A DNA stretch of 32,000 bases from Erysipelotrichaceae bacterium OH741_COT-311. Lineage in GTDB: Bacteria > Bacillota_I > Bacilli_A > Erysipelotrichales > Erysipelotrichaceae. The translations under genes were made by a program, and so were the position numbers. Positions 1 to 9,423 of this stretch are shown here, one piece after another (positions within the stretch are counted from its first letter, which is position 1; every line of letters starts with the position of its first letter). The stretch covers positions 60,001 to 92,000 of the forward strand of contig RQZE01000005.1 of the NCBI GenBank assembly GCA_003858585.1, read 5' to 3'. The notes below the pieces were generated by a model. The model was not told the origin of the DNA. It worked only from the letters and a program-made list of their open reading frames with translations, and searched no databases.

Positions 1-40
1 CGATGTTTTGTGCGTTGAAATATACTTTTTCCCAGTTCAT
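1..40 (-). CDS. 5' end of an unidentified gene running off the left edge (MNWEKVYFNAQNI...)
   Basis: ATG at 40..38 is preceded by GGAG (48-51, read on minus). Only 13 codons are visible. Confidence 0.35.
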   Translation of the reverse strand, partial: MNWEKVYFNAQNI

Positions 41-175
41 ATTTTTTCTCCTTTTTTTAAATTAAAATATTTAACTTATAAATATTTACATTTATATTAT
101 AAATATTTTAATTTATTTTGTAAATAGTTTTTATAAACTTTTTAATTTATCTTAGAAATTAAAAAGTTGTTTTTT

Positions 176-204
176 TAAATTTTTAAATTTATAATTAATT
201 TGAA
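176..204 (+). promoter_or_regulatory. sigma-70-like promoter for the 225..437 HTH gene
   Basis: TTGTTT (176-181), 17 nt, TATAAT (199-204). A 7-2-7 inverted repeat TAAATTT/AAATTTA (185-200) spans the spacer. The AT-rich background makes chance matches plausible. Confidence 0.35.
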
Positions 205-224
205 AAGATAAAAGTGAGGTTAAT

Positions 225-437
225 ATGAAAACTGAGAAGCAAATAAGCACCATATTAGGTTATTTAGGATTAAGCAAAGCCGAATTAGCAAGGCGATTAG
301 GAATGTCAGCGCAAAATTTTGCTCAAAAAATAAAAAGAGATAACTTCACTAAAGATGAATTAGAACATATAGCTGAAGTATTAAATGTTAAATATCACGC
401 TTATTTTGAGCTGACAGATGGAACTATCATAAAATAA
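225..437 (+). CDS. small XRE-family helix-turn-helix DNA-binding protein (moron beyond the lysis cassette)
   Basis: 70 aa with the HTH signature LSKAELARRLGMSAQNFAQKIK. SD GTGAGG lies upstream. Opposite strand to the phage late genes, with its own promoter and terminator. Confidence 0.7.
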   Translation: MKTEKQISTILGYLGLSKAELARRLGMSAQNFAQKIKRDNFTKDELEHIAEVLNVKYHAYFELTDGTIIK

Positions 438-442
438 AAAAA

Positions 443-480
443 GACCTACCCACTACATAAAATAGTGAGTAGGTTATTTT
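443..480. terminator. bidirectional intrinsic terminator between convergent genes
   Basis: Stem GACCTACCCACTA (443-455) / TAGTGAGTAGGT (463-474), with an A-run before and a T-run after. Confidence 0.7.
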
Positions 481-811
481 ATTTATCTAAAGCTTTGATT
501 TTTGTATCAATAGCTTTGTCTAGTTGTTCCTGAGCATACGCCTGCATTGCGTTGAACGTGTTTTGAACTAACTGTTCAATCACTTTCTTAGTAAAGATAA
601 ATTTTAGAAAAGATGGCACTAAATTATAGATTTTATCGACTACCATGTTAAATTTCTCAGTTCCAGCTTTCGCATAGTCTTTGTAGTATTGCTCTGCTGC
701 TAAAATCCATCTAACAACCAAAGTCTTTAGATTTGATTTAGTCTTGAAGTAGCTAACTAAAAATCCGAATAATACTGTAATAATTGCGATAATAACTTGA
801 TTAATGTTCAT
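479..811 (-). CDS. holin, LL-H-like (single N-terminal TM helix, hydrophilic tail)
   Basis: 110 aa. N-terminal TM helix IIAIITVLFGFLVSYF followed by an AAEQ...AGTEKF region typical of LL-H type holins. GAGGAGG RBS. Located downstream of the endolysin. Confidence 0.6.
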   Translation of the reverse strand: MNINQVIIAIITVLFGFLVSYFKTKSNLKTLVVRWILAAEQYYKDYAKAGTEKFNMVVDKIYNLVPSFLKFIFTKKVIEQLVQNTFNAMQAYAQEQLDKAIDTKIKALDK

Positions 812-1148
812 TGTGTTTTCCTCCTCGATTATTTAAAACATCGATTACTTTTTCTACTTGTTCTAATCGATGTTGGTTTAATGTAACTATCTTTGATAGT
901 TCGTCTAACTCTTTTCCGTGAGTTGTTGCTCTGTTTCCTATGCGATCAATTTCTGCTTTATAAAACTTCAATGTAGTGTTGATCTCGGCAATAGTTGTAT
1001 TTAACTTGCTAACACTATCATTAAAAGTCTTAGTTATAACCGCAAACTCATTGGCTTGCTTTTTTGCGTCATCCCGGATTTTTAAATACAAGCCAAAGAT
1101 ACCAGCTAATAAGGCAACAACTGCCGATACAATTCCGATTGTTTCCAT
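801..1148 (-). CDS. membrane-anchored coiled-coil protein of the lysis cassette (possible holin partner)
   Basis: 115 aa with N-terminal TM helix IGIVSAVVALLAGIFGLYL followed by a coiled-coil-like region. Lies between the endolysin and the holin. Confidence 0.4.
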   Translation of the reverse strand: METIGIVSAVVALLAGIFGLYLKIRDDAKKQANEFAVITKTFNDSVSKLNTTIAEINTTLKFYKAEIDRIGNRATTHGKELDELSKIVTLNQHRLEQVEKVIDVLNNRGGKHNEH

Positions 1149-1154
1149 GCTCTC

Positions 1155-1784
1155 TTAATTCACCTTTTCTATTAGTAACCAACTGCCATCCCATCCTAAT
1201 TCTTTTACAATATCATCATGAATCTGTTTAGCTTCAGCTTCTGTTTTTTGATAAAGCGGATTGACTAAGCGCCAGTTATACTTCTTTTCTTCTTCTTTTT
1301 CCGTGTCTTGGCATAATGAAAGGAACTTATTCCAAGTTCCTTCAGCTCTGATACGATGTGGACAATCTTTGCCACTCCAACTGTTATGTTGAACAACATT
1401 TTCAATTGGTATATCAAACTTTTCCATTAACATTTTGACTACTTCAACTGCGTTATGAAATGATTTTTCGTGCTTATTAGTTGAATAATCCGTTGAATAA
1501 CAAATCTCAATACCTATTGATTGTCTATTCCCTTTTCCTTTGCCACCATCACCGCAGTGCCAGGCATTGCGATTAAGCGGAATTGCTTCGATTGCTTCTT
1601 TATCGTCTACGAAAATATGACATGAAGTAGGATTATTATTTCTCTTCATATACGTTACTTCATTACGTGCCGAAGCTTTATTGTAAGTATTATGAATAGT
1701 TATGTATTTAGGTGCCATATCATTGGGGCACTTAAGATACCATTTTTCTCTATTAATATGATCAATTATATAAGGTAATTTCAT
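1155..1784 (-). CDS. endolysin: N-acetylmuramoyl-L-alanine amidase (Amidase_2/PGRP, T7-lysozyme type) plus a short C-terminal domain
   Basis: 209 aa. Motifs ITIHNT, AWHCGDG, IGIEIC and QHNSWSGKDCPH (His...His-x7-Cys zinc pattern). Position next to the holin. Confidence 0.85.
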   Translation of the reverse strand: MKLPYIIDHINREKWYLKCPNDMAPKYITIHNTYNKASARNEVTYMKRNNNPTSCHIFVDDKEAIEAIPLNRNAWHCGDGGKGKGNRQSIGIEICYSTDYSTNKHEKSFHNAVEVVKMLMEKFDIPIENVVQHNSWSGKDCPHRIRAEGTWNKFLSLCQDTEKEEEKKYNWRLVNPLYQKTEAEAKQIHDDIVKELGWDGSWLLIEKVN

Positions 1785-1798
1785 TTTCTTTCCCCTTC

Positions 1799-2272
1799 CT
1801 AATCCTTCACTTCTTCAAACCACATTTCCTTTAGCTTTACCCAAGGACCGTAGCTATTGTTTGAAGCATTATATCTAAATAAAGTAAATCTTGAATTATG
1901 CGAAAATAAAGTCAAATCTATAAAAAACTCAATTCTTGCATTTGTAACTATCTTCTTTACGAATTCTATGTTTCCGGGAACAACCCTAAAATTAGTATTA
2001 GATAGCAAACTGAACCAACCATAATATTGAGTTAAATTCCAATCAAAAATCATAACGATTCTTACTTTTTTCGCACCCTTAAAATATGCGCTGTTAAGTT
2101 GTGCTAAATCGACATAACCTCCATTATTAATTTCAATATAGTCTGCACGTTGCGTTATATTTATTGCGCCAAAAAATTTCGGGAACTCAGCATCATTCCA
2201 AACTCCATTTTTTATTAGATGATGTCGCTTAGGCTTTGAACCGCCTGCACTTTTCAATAAATCTGTTAGCAT
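1799..2272 (-). CDS. tail-fibre-associated protein of unknown function
   Basis: The ORF is open to 2305. However, the ATG at 2272 sits 1 nt after the upstream stop with AGGTGGTGG upstream, so the shorter start is preferred. Confidence 0.4.
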   Translation of the reverse strand: MLTDLLKSAGGSKPKRHHLIKNGVWNDAEFPKFFGAINITQRADYIEINNGGYVDLAQLNSAYFKGAKKVRIVMIFDWNLTQYYGWFSLLSNTNFRVVPGNIEFVKKIVTNARIEFFIDLTLFSHNSRFTLFRYNASNNSYGPWVKLKEMWFEEVKD

Positions 2273-2273
2273 A

Positions 2274-3200
2274 CTAGACCACCACCTTGTTAATTGCGAT
2301 GTCAAACTTCAACGCCACAGTTGGCTTTTCACTAAAATAAAGCTTGATAGTATTATTAGCAGTCATTCCTTTGATAGCACCTTCAAATTCGACACTTGGA
2401 TGTAAACCGAATGAACTTATAAAGTCTTTATCTGTACATGTTAATCCAACTAACTTAGTAGCAGTTAAAGTCGCTACAAATGGATATTTTGAATAAGTTA
2501 AATCTGATTGAATTTCACCTAAACTCAATGTTACATTTTGCCAACTTTTTGGATTTAGTTTATTGATTTTATTTTCTAAATTGCCGGCCAACGTGCCATC
2601 AATCGCATTTTGAATATAACTCTGCGCGTTTGTGATCATCTGCGTTAGTTGATTGTAGTAGTTTGTTGTTTCTAAGTCATGAATAGCGCCTGCAACGATA
2701 CCGCAAAGTGACTTATTCAAGCGTGTATCTGTAATGCGTTCCTGTGTAATAGAAACGCTGTTTTTAGCGACAAATACATCAGCAATACCTAACTCATAGA
2801 CATCACCTTCAAACTCTTCTGGACGCGTTAAATTTGGCGCTACAGGCACGCTTGCAGGTGTTCCTTTAAGAACATATAGGTCTATCGTTCTTGCTTGCTC
2901 ATCAAGTCTAAGTACTACTCTATCAATGCGATCTAGACCACTTGCGGCTTGAATTGTCAACTCACGGTTGACAGTTTCTAAAGCAATACATCCATTAATA
3001 TTCGCGGCTCCTGGTTTAACTAAAACAGTCATTCCTGTGTTTGCTACGACTTGAAACGAAGTACCACCTTTTATAACTCCATTTGTGTAGAATAAGCTAT
3101 TCAATTTTCGATAATCTCTCGCATCGATACTTCTGTCGAATTCCGGAAGTCCTTCAGTTGAATATCCTGTAATTTTGGCGTTATGTGGAAAACTGAACAT
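2274..3200 (-). CDS. tail fibre / receptor-binding protein candidate
   Basis: 308 aa at the distal end of the tail module. The call rests on position only. Confidence 0.45.
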   Translation of the reverse strand: MFSFPHNAKITGYSTEGLPEFDRSIDARDYRKLNSLFYTNGVIKGGTSFQVVANTGMTVLVKPGAANINGCIALETVNRELTIQAASGLDRIDRVVLRLDEQARTIDLYVLKGTPASVPVAPNLTRPEEFEGDVYELGIADVFVAKNSVSITQERITDTRLNKSLCGIVAGAIHDLETTNYYNQLTQMITNAQSYIQNAIDGTLAGNLENKINKLNPKSWQNVTLSLGEIQSDLTYSKYPFVATLTATKLVGLTCTDKDFISSFGLHPSVEFEGAIKGMTANNTIKLYFSEKPTVALKFDIAINKVVV

Positions 3201-3685
3201 TATTTCTTACCTCCTAGTTTTTCTTTGAACCAATCCCATCTGTTTTCTTTTAGCAATCGATGTGGACAGTCATATCCTGCGATTGAATGATGCGTTATAA
3301 CGTTATCAATTGAAATGTTATAAACATTCATCAAATGCTTAACGTATGTTATAGCGTTGTTTACTGCTTTATAATAACGATCTGTATGATAATCTTCAGC
3401 ACAACATATTTCAACAGATATTGCGTGTCGATTGTATTCGCCATCATAGCCATCTCCATTAGCGAATGCGATACGCTCAAATGGAATCATTTGTATAATT
3501 TCTCTATCATCGATTGCTACATGAAATCCCGCACGAACAGGTGATGTTCTGCAGTAATTAACAACTATATCTGCTCCTTGTGATGATTTTCGTTCGTGGA
3601 TCACGATGTATTTTACTTCGTCCATTGTTTCAGGACTTTTTAAAGAATGCATGCGCATATCGATAAGATTTTGTTTAACTTTCAT
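3200..3685 (-). CDS. second N-acetylmuramoyl-L-alanine amidase (Amidase_2) embedded in the tail module
   Basis: Motifs IVIHER, FANGDG, ISVEIC and THHSIAGYDCPH. AGGAGG (3694-3699) lies 8 nt before the ATG at 3685, whereas the track start at 3694 is a GTG inside the SD. Overlaps both neighbouring tail genes. Confidence 0.8.
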   Translation of the reverse strand: MKVKQNLIDMRMHSLKSPETMDEVKYIVIHERKSSQGADIVVNYCRTSPVRAGFHVAIDDREIIQMIPFERIAFANGDGYDGEYNRHAISVEICCAEDYHTDRYYKAVNNAITYVKHLMNVYNISIDNVITHHSIAGYDCPHRLLKENRWDWFKEKLGGKK

Positions 3686-4727
3686 TGTTGACACCTCCTA
3701 ATATGTCGCTCAATGTTTCGTAGTCATTACCGAATTTAGGAACGACTTTAACGTCTTTGTTTTCGAATATCTCTTTCACTTCAATTATTCGTTTGTAGGC
3801 ATAAACACCAACATTGCACAGTGAAGTGTTGCATAGATCACCTAAGTTATAGTCGTGTCGATATGTTCTGTTGATTAAGTTTCCATCAAAAAACTCAACC
3901 TTTGATGCTTTCTCTAGTGCTTCTTTTCCCTTTTGAATCAACATTGCACGATATTCACTTTCACTCATATCAACGTTACTATCGTTTTTCTTTCTTGAGC
4001 TTGGACCTTTGATACGTATTTCTCTACGCTCATTTCCGTTTGTCCAATCAACTATTTCAGTTGTTGGATTCGTCTTGTCGCCATCGCCAGTTACGATCGC
4101 GTAATTGTAATATTTAGCGATTGACTTACCATACTTGATATTCTCTATCGTTTCATTGTCATCGCCAAAAATAGCCCAATCATTTACGCTTTGCGTATCT
4201 GTTCTATCTATGCCTTTGTAAACTTCATAAGTCAGCGTATTATCTAAGTAATCATAGATAATACGTTGCGACAGTTCCTGCTCTTTTAAAAATTTATAAA
4301 GCGCAGTTCCTATTCGTTGGCCATCGAATTTAGTTGTTGTTTGAACACCAAGATTTGATGCTTTGATTTTAATTCCTGGGAAATATTCAGATACGATTTG
4401 ATTAGCGATTTCACTATGCGTTCCTGAATACGTCTTTTCTTTTTCAAAAACTCGATTGTCTAACTGTTTTTCAATGAAATTTCCGCCGATTTTAAATGTT
4501 TTTGAACCATCAGGTTTCAACTCAAAATCTAGCGACTCAATAAGCGTTAACTTCATTACATCGTTACGATATAAGTATTTAGCTTTGCTAAAATCATTCA
4601 TTTGATACTTGCTCAAGTGCAACTCGTATTCTCCGGAATCATGATATTTTTCAATCCAAATAAAAGAGTGGAATAAGTCCACTCTTAATAATTCTTGAAA
4701 ATCTTTGTCTAATATTATTAATTCCAT
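3675..4727 (-). CDS. baseplate/tail-tip protein, Siphovirus Gp37-like
   Basis: 350 aa. N-terminus MELIILDKDFQ...IWIEKYHDSGEYEL resembles the Sipho_Gp37 family. Lies directly after the Dit-position gene. Confidence 0.55.
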   Translation of the reverse strand: MELIILDKDFQELLRVDLFHSFIWIEKYHDSGEYELHLSKYQMNDFSKAKYLYRNDVMKLTLIESLDFELKPDGSKTFKIGGNFIEKQLDNRVFEKEKTYSGTHSEIANQIVSEYFPGIKIKASNLGVQTTTKFDGQRIGTALYKFLKEQELSQRIIYDYLDNTLTYEVYKGIDRTDTQSVNDWAIFGDDNETIENIKYGKSIAKYYNYAIVTGDGDKTNPTTEIVDWTNGNERREIRIKGPSSRKKNDSNVDMSESEYRAMLIQKGKEALEKASKVEFFDGNLINRTYRHDYNLGDLCNTSLCNVGVYAYKRIIEVKEIFENKDVKVVPKFGNDYETLSDILGGVNNES

Positions 4728-4729
4728 GA

Positions 4730-5629
4730 CTAAACTCCTAAATATTCAGGATTGAAGAAGATACGCACACTTAGGTTAGTCTTGTTTAAGCTTGCATCAT
4801 AACTGATTTTAGTTTGTCCTAACCCAAGTCTGAAATATGTCGATTGCTTATTGATTTTATTGCTTACGTTTGTAATTTCATCGCCACGTTTCAACTTTAT
4901 TGATTTGTGGCCAACATTAGTGTTAAATATCAAAACGTCACCTTTTTGCATCTCAACGATGCATTCTATGAACTGTTTAGTTTCAGAATTAGTGATTTTT
5001 GGATTTGTAACAGTTCCGTTTTCTGCAGTTAGTTCTATGATCATACCTACATCGACGTCACCATCATTTTGAAGTGTTACAACATCGCTAAACGTTTTAA
5101 AAGAAAACACTTTCTTTTTCTCATGTTTAGTATCTGCAACTTCTGCAAATGCTAAAGGAAAATAGAAGTTGGCAGTATTCTCTGCGATGTTCTTTCCAAA
5201 GCTATCAAGTGACTTAAAGAATGGGTGCGGACATTTCAGTTCTAATCTGAAGCTTAACAAGTCATAGAAGCTTGTATACTCTTCTTCGTCGAAGTCTTGT
5301 ACCAAGCAGTCAATCTGTACTTGGTGGTGCCAATAATTGATTTTTAGATTGATAACATCGTTCGGATTAAAGAAGTGTATCAACTTCTGTCTTAGTTCAT
5401 CCGTAAGATTATACGTGTCGATAGAAAACCATACACGGATCAAGCGCTCATTTACTTTAGTTCCTGTAACGATAGAACCATGCTGTAATGCGCTTGACTT
5501 AGTATGTATCTTATAATCACTCGATATTAAACCTTCAATGTCAGTGATTTTGATGTCTTGACCTGTGCCAATTAACAGTGTTTTATCCTTGTTTTTAAAA
5601 GTTAAAAGTAGTATTTCTTTTTCCATCAT
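4730..5629 (-). CDS. distal tail protein (Dit) / phage tail family protein
   Basis: 299 aa immediately downstream of the tape measure gene, with overlapping stop/start. Confidence 0.6.
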   Translation of the reverse strand: MMEKEILLLTFKNKDKTLLIGTGQDIKITDIEGLISSDYKIHTKSSALQHGSIVTGTKVNERLIRVWFSIDTYNLTDELRQKLIHFFNPNDVINLKINYWHHQVQIDCLVQDFDEEEYTSFYDLLSFRLELKCPHPFFKSLDSFGKNIAENTANFYFPLAFAEVADTKHEKKKVFSFKTFSDVVTLQNDGDVDVGMIIELTAENGTVTNPKITNSETKQFIECIVEMQKGDVLIFNTNVGHKSIKLKRGDEITNVSNKINKQSTYFRLGLGQTKISYDASLNKTNLSVRIFFNPEYLGV

Positions 5630-8430
5630 TTAACCCTCTTAGCTAACTCTCTATTAACTCTTTCTATGCTTGAATTGACATCACTTGGATTTTCAATCGG
5701 TTGATTAAAGTTGTTTGTTTGATTAAGCGTTACGTTTGAACTTGTTCCTGGATAACCAACTGCAAAATTCATGCTTTGTCTTGGTGCGATAAAGTTCGCT
5801 AAACTGTCATAAACCTTATTGAAGTAGTGATCGTATACTGCTCCTTCACTATCCAAGTATGTTGCACCGCCGGCACGATATGCGCTTCTGTGACCGCTTG
5901 GCGCTCCTGCATCGTTATATTTCACGTCAACAACAATCGATGCACGCTTAATTGCTAAGTTGAAGTTATTCCAAAGTGATTGCGCTTGATTGACAGCTCT
6001 CTGTGCGCTTTCAGTGATTGGCTTTTCAAGTGAGTCTTTAGAACCACTACCGACCTTTTGAATTTGTTCTTCTAACTTCTTAATATCGTTATCTAGCTGT
6101 GTTTTCTGTTCTTCAGATACCAAGCTAGAATCGATTTGATTAAGCAGTTCACGTTGTTCTTTTAACTTCTCTAATTCTTCTTTTAACGCCCTTATAGCGC
6201 TTGAACTTTCGTTCAACTGACTAGCACTTAGCCCCATAGACAACAAGTCAATCTTGTCAGTGTCCATATCGTTTAGAGCTTTACCCATCGCTTCATAATT
6301 TGAAATCATTTCTTGAAATGGTTTCGCAGTTTCAACAAGTCGTTCCATATCTTCGTTTAAGTTAGCGATGTGATTGTCTTTGATACGATAGTTTGCACTG
6401 TTTTCTTCGTAGCTATCACGTTGTTTGATAGCTTCATTTATCTCTTTTTGTTTTTCTATGATTAGATCCATAGCTTTTCTTTTTTCTTCTAACGCTTTGA
6501 TGTAATCGTCCTTATGTGCATCAAGCCATGCTTCCGCTTTTTTCAAATCTATCAACTTTTCAAGTTCTGTTTGTAAGTTAACGACTTCACCTTTTTGGTT
6601 GATGATTTTTCCTGTTTCTTCGTCGTATTGAAGTAACGTTGTGCCAACTGATTGATTAAATTCGTTTATCTTCTTGATTAGTTCTTCCTTAGATCCTACT
6701 AGGTTTCCATCAACGTCAACCATGTTTTTGAGTTCCGCTCCTAATCGCTCCCAAGTGTTCACTTGTGGCGCTAAAGCTCTGTCATTTTCATAGAAGCTAT
6801 CATTTAGTTCTTTATATGACTTATTCAACTCCTTGACTTCTTTGTTGGCATCTTGCACTGAACTAACAACAGCGTATATTGCTGTTACGGCCACCGCTGC
6901 AGCTGTTGCCGCTAAAATAGCAGGATTTGCTTGTAAACTAGCAGTTAGTAATTTCGATGCACTTCCTGCTGCAGTCATAGCTTTCTTTAATGCAATATAA
7001 GAAGTTACCGTCTTTTGCACTGCGGTATATGTCGTGAAAAACACTAAAGCTTTTGGTGCTAATGCGATCAATGTAGAAAAGCTTTTGATAACGCCAGGAA
7101 GTGCTTTAGAACCAAGACTGATTGATGTTTTCAAAAATCCTGAAATATCTTTAGTTAAACTTTTTACTGCAGATTTCATTTCCGGAGAACGTAGCGTTCT
7201 GCCTAAATCATCGATACCTTTGTTAACATCGACTAGCCCTTCCTTTAGCGGCTCTTGAAAGTTGTCGTACATTTCAATTCCTAAACTTGCAATGTTATTA
7301 GATGTCATTTGCAGTTTAGAATCTAGCGTTTCATAGCGTTGTGATGCTTCTTTAGATAACGCTACATTTGCACTCCATGCGTCATTAGAAACGCCAAGCG
7401 CATTGTTTAATACATCGCTAGCGCTACTTAATGAAAGCAATGCACGTGTCATACGTGATTCGTTGATACCCATTTCGTTTAACAATAAAATGGCATCTTG
7501 GCCACGTTCCTTAGCTGTGCTAAGACCTTTAATAAATTGATTGAATGCTTGTGCAGCGTTCTTTTCAAATGCTACTTTGAACTCATCAGAAGTCATATTT
7601 GCAGTTTTCGCAAATGTCTCTAAATCCTTACCGCCTTCAATTGTTGCTCGTTTCATTTCAAGTAATAATGTTGACACTGATGTACCACCAGCTTGAGCTT
7701 CAATACCAACTGAAGACAACGAAGCACTTAACGCAAGCATTTCTGCTTCCGAAAAGTTTGCTTGTTTCGCAGCACCAGCAAGATTCAATGTCATTTCGAC
7801 AATGTCACGTTCTGTTGTTGCAAAGTTGTTTCCTAATGCAACAATTGATGAACCAAGTCGACTAAAGTTTCTTTGATCCATTTGAGTGATATTTGCAATC
7901 TTAGCAAGTTGTGAGCTTCCTTCTTCTGAACTTAAGTTTGTAGCGTCATCTAATTGCGCCATAGTTTCAACAAAGTCTTTTAAGTTTTCAGTTCTAATTC
8001 CTAACTGTCCTGCAGATTCAGCTATAGAAGCTAATCCACTGGCTGTCTTAGGCATGACTTTCGACATATCAACTAAGTCTTTTTTTAGCACTTGCAACTG
8101 TTCATCAGTCGCATTTACCGTTTTAACAACACCAGCAAACGCTGATTCATACTCTTTACCAACCAGGAACGACGTTTTCAAAAAATCGACTGATACTTGC
8201 GTTAGTTTTACTAGAGCTTTTCCTGCGACATAGCCAAGTGCAACAGTTGAAGCTTTCAGCCTGTTTATGTTCTCTTCGCTTTGTTCAAATGAATTCGATA
8301 TGACGTTTGTCTTCTTTTCGACCTCATCTGAAAAGTTTTTGATTGACGTATTCGCTTCTTTTAGACCATCTTTCAGCTGATCCAGTTCAGCTTTTATTTC
8401 TATCGTTACTGAACCATCATAATTCGCCAT
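5626..8430 (-). CDS. tail tape measure protein
   Basis: 934 aa, with long coiled-coil stretches and a central hydrophobic Ala-rich segment. Canonical position after the chaperone pair. Confidence 0.9.
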   Translation of the reverse strand: MANYDGSVTIEIKAELDQLKDGLKEANTSIKNFSDEVEKKTNVISNSFEQSEENINRLKASTVALGYVAGKALVKLTQVSVDFLKTSFLVGKEYESAFAGVVKTVNATDEQLQVLKKDLVDMSKVMPKTASGLASIAESAGQLGIRTENLKDFVETMAQLDDATNLSSEEGSSQLAKIANITQMDQRNFSRLGSSIVALGNNFATTERDIVEMTLNLAGAAKQANFSEAEMLALSASLSSVGIEAQAGGTSVSTLLLEMKRATIEGGKDLETFAKTANMTSDEFKVAFEKNAAQAFNQFIKGLSTAKERGQDAILLLNEMGINESRMTRALLSLSSASDVLNNALGVSNDAWSANVALSKEASQRYETLDSKLQMTSNNIASLGIEMYDNFQEPLKEGLVDVNKGIDDLGRTLRSPEMKSAVKSLTKDISGFLKTSISLGSKALPGVIKSFSTLIALAPKALVFFTTYTAVQKTVTSYIALKKAMTAAGSASKLLTASLQANPAILAATAAAVAVTAIYAVVSSVQDANKEVKELNKSYKELNDSFYENDRALAPQVNTWERLGAELKNMVDVDGNLVGSKEELIKKINEFNQSVGTTLLQYDEETGKIINQKGEVVNLQTELEKLIDLKKAEAWLDAHKDDYIKALEEKRKAMDLIIEKQKEINEAIKQRDSYEENSANYRIKDNHIANLNEDMERLVETAKPFQEMISNYEAMGKALNDMDTDKIDLLSMGLSASQLNESSSAIRALKEELEKLKEQRELLNQIDSSLVSEEQKTQLDNDIKKLEEQIQKVGSGSKDSLEKPITESAQRAVNQAQSLWNNFNLAIKRASIVVDVKYNDAGAPSGHRSAYRAGGATYLDSEGAVYDHYFNKVYDSLANFIAPRQSMNFAVGYPGTSSNVTLNQTNNFNQPIENPSDVNSSIERVNRELAKRVK

Positions 8431-8446
8431 AATCTCACTCCTTTCG

Positions 8447-9028
8447 TTAGAATTCTTGTTTTAACAATGAATAATACGTATTCATTTGTTGTTGCTCTCG
8501 TTCTTTTATGTTTGCTTTTAACGCATGACGTTTCTTCAGCTTTCGAAGTTCTTCTTTTTCTGCAGAAGTCATTTTGTCCGTTATTTTTTTGCTTCTAATA
8601 TTTACGATTTGAGAATGCACGCAGTCGCTTTTTAGTTCGCCAAATAAAGCAACAAACTTGAACCAGTGCATATGCTCAATTTCGTTTAAGTCTATGCTGT
8701 ATTGACTGTAAAAAGCACTATAAATGTACATACTATCTTCGTTGAAATCGAATAGCTTTTGTTTGTTTGATTTTTCTTCATCTAATTTGTAAAGCGATAT
8801 GAAATTCATCATCGCTTCAAACATTTTCTTTTGAATGTTTTCATCGCCAATATATTTGCCGTAAAACAATACAAGCGACAGAACTAGACGCTCATACTTA
8901 TCAAGCATTTCATCTTCTAATGCTCTTAAAATCTTCAATATTGTTTTAAAATTTGCATCTACTTTCACTTCAACATTGTTGACAACTACCGCATCAGGAA
9001 AGTCATCAAGTATATAGTTAAATTCCAT
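8447..9028 (-). CDS. tail assembly chaperone-position protein (phage Gp15-like)
   Basis: 193 aa between the major tail gene and the TMP. Resembles the Gp15 family. Confidence 0.5.
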   Translation of the reverse strand: MEFNYILDDFPDAVVVNNVEVKVDANFKTILKILRALEDEMLDKYERLVLSLVLFYGKYIGDENIQKKMFEAMMNFISLYKLDEEKSNKQKLFDFNEDSMYIYSAFYSQYSIDLNEIEHMHWFKFVALFGELKSDCVHSQIVNIRSKKITDKMTSAEKEELRKLKKRHALKANIKEREQQQMNTYYSLLKQEF

Positions 9029-9371
9029 ATTTTTTCAACGTGCTTTCTTTCGCTTTTCCAATTTCGTTCATTAGAAAATAAACAAGATTTTCTAACATTT
9101 CATGCGTAATATCGAAGTCATCGCCGAAGATTTGCTTGACTGTTCCAACTCCTAGAAGCGACTCGATTAACTCAATGCAACTATTGTTTATTGCGATCGT
9201 ATCTTCGATAGTCAGCTCTTTCTTTTCGTTGTAAACGCTCATAGAAGCGACAAACTTATTAATAGCTTCGATTGTTGTCTTTGAACGATAATTCAATTTA
9301 AAATGATTGATTAACCCATTGATATTAGTGTCTATATCGATAGTACTTTTTACAGTAAATACAGCGCTCAT
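9018..9371 (-). CDS. tail assembly chaperone-position protein
   Basis: 117 aa, acidic, directly downstream of the major tail gene. Confidence 0.45.
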   Translation of the reverse strand: MSAVFTVKSTIDIDTNINGLINHFKLNYRSKTTIEAINKFVASMSVYNEKKELTIEDTIAINNSCIELIESLLGVGTVKQIFGDDFDITHEMLENLVYFLMNEIGKAKESTLKKYGI

Positions 9372-9384
9372 TTTTCATCCTCCT

Positions 9385-9417
9385 AAAAATAAAAAATGCG
9401 TTTTTAAGGAAAAACGC
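9385..9417 (-). terminator. intrinsic terminator after the major tail gene
   Basis: Minus-strand GCGTTTTT-CCTT-AAAAACGC stem-loop (9398-9417) followed by a U-run (9385-9396). Confidence 0.65.
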
Positions 9418-9423
9418 TAAACC

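Noticed and set aside
9010-9040. Possible programmed frameshift joining the two tail-chaperone ORFs at the run TTGAAAAAATATGG
   Set aside because: The downstream ORF is in the +1 frame, not -1. It has its own ATG, and its frame has an in-frame TGA immediately before the A-run. No canonical X XXY YYZ heptamer lies in the zero frame.
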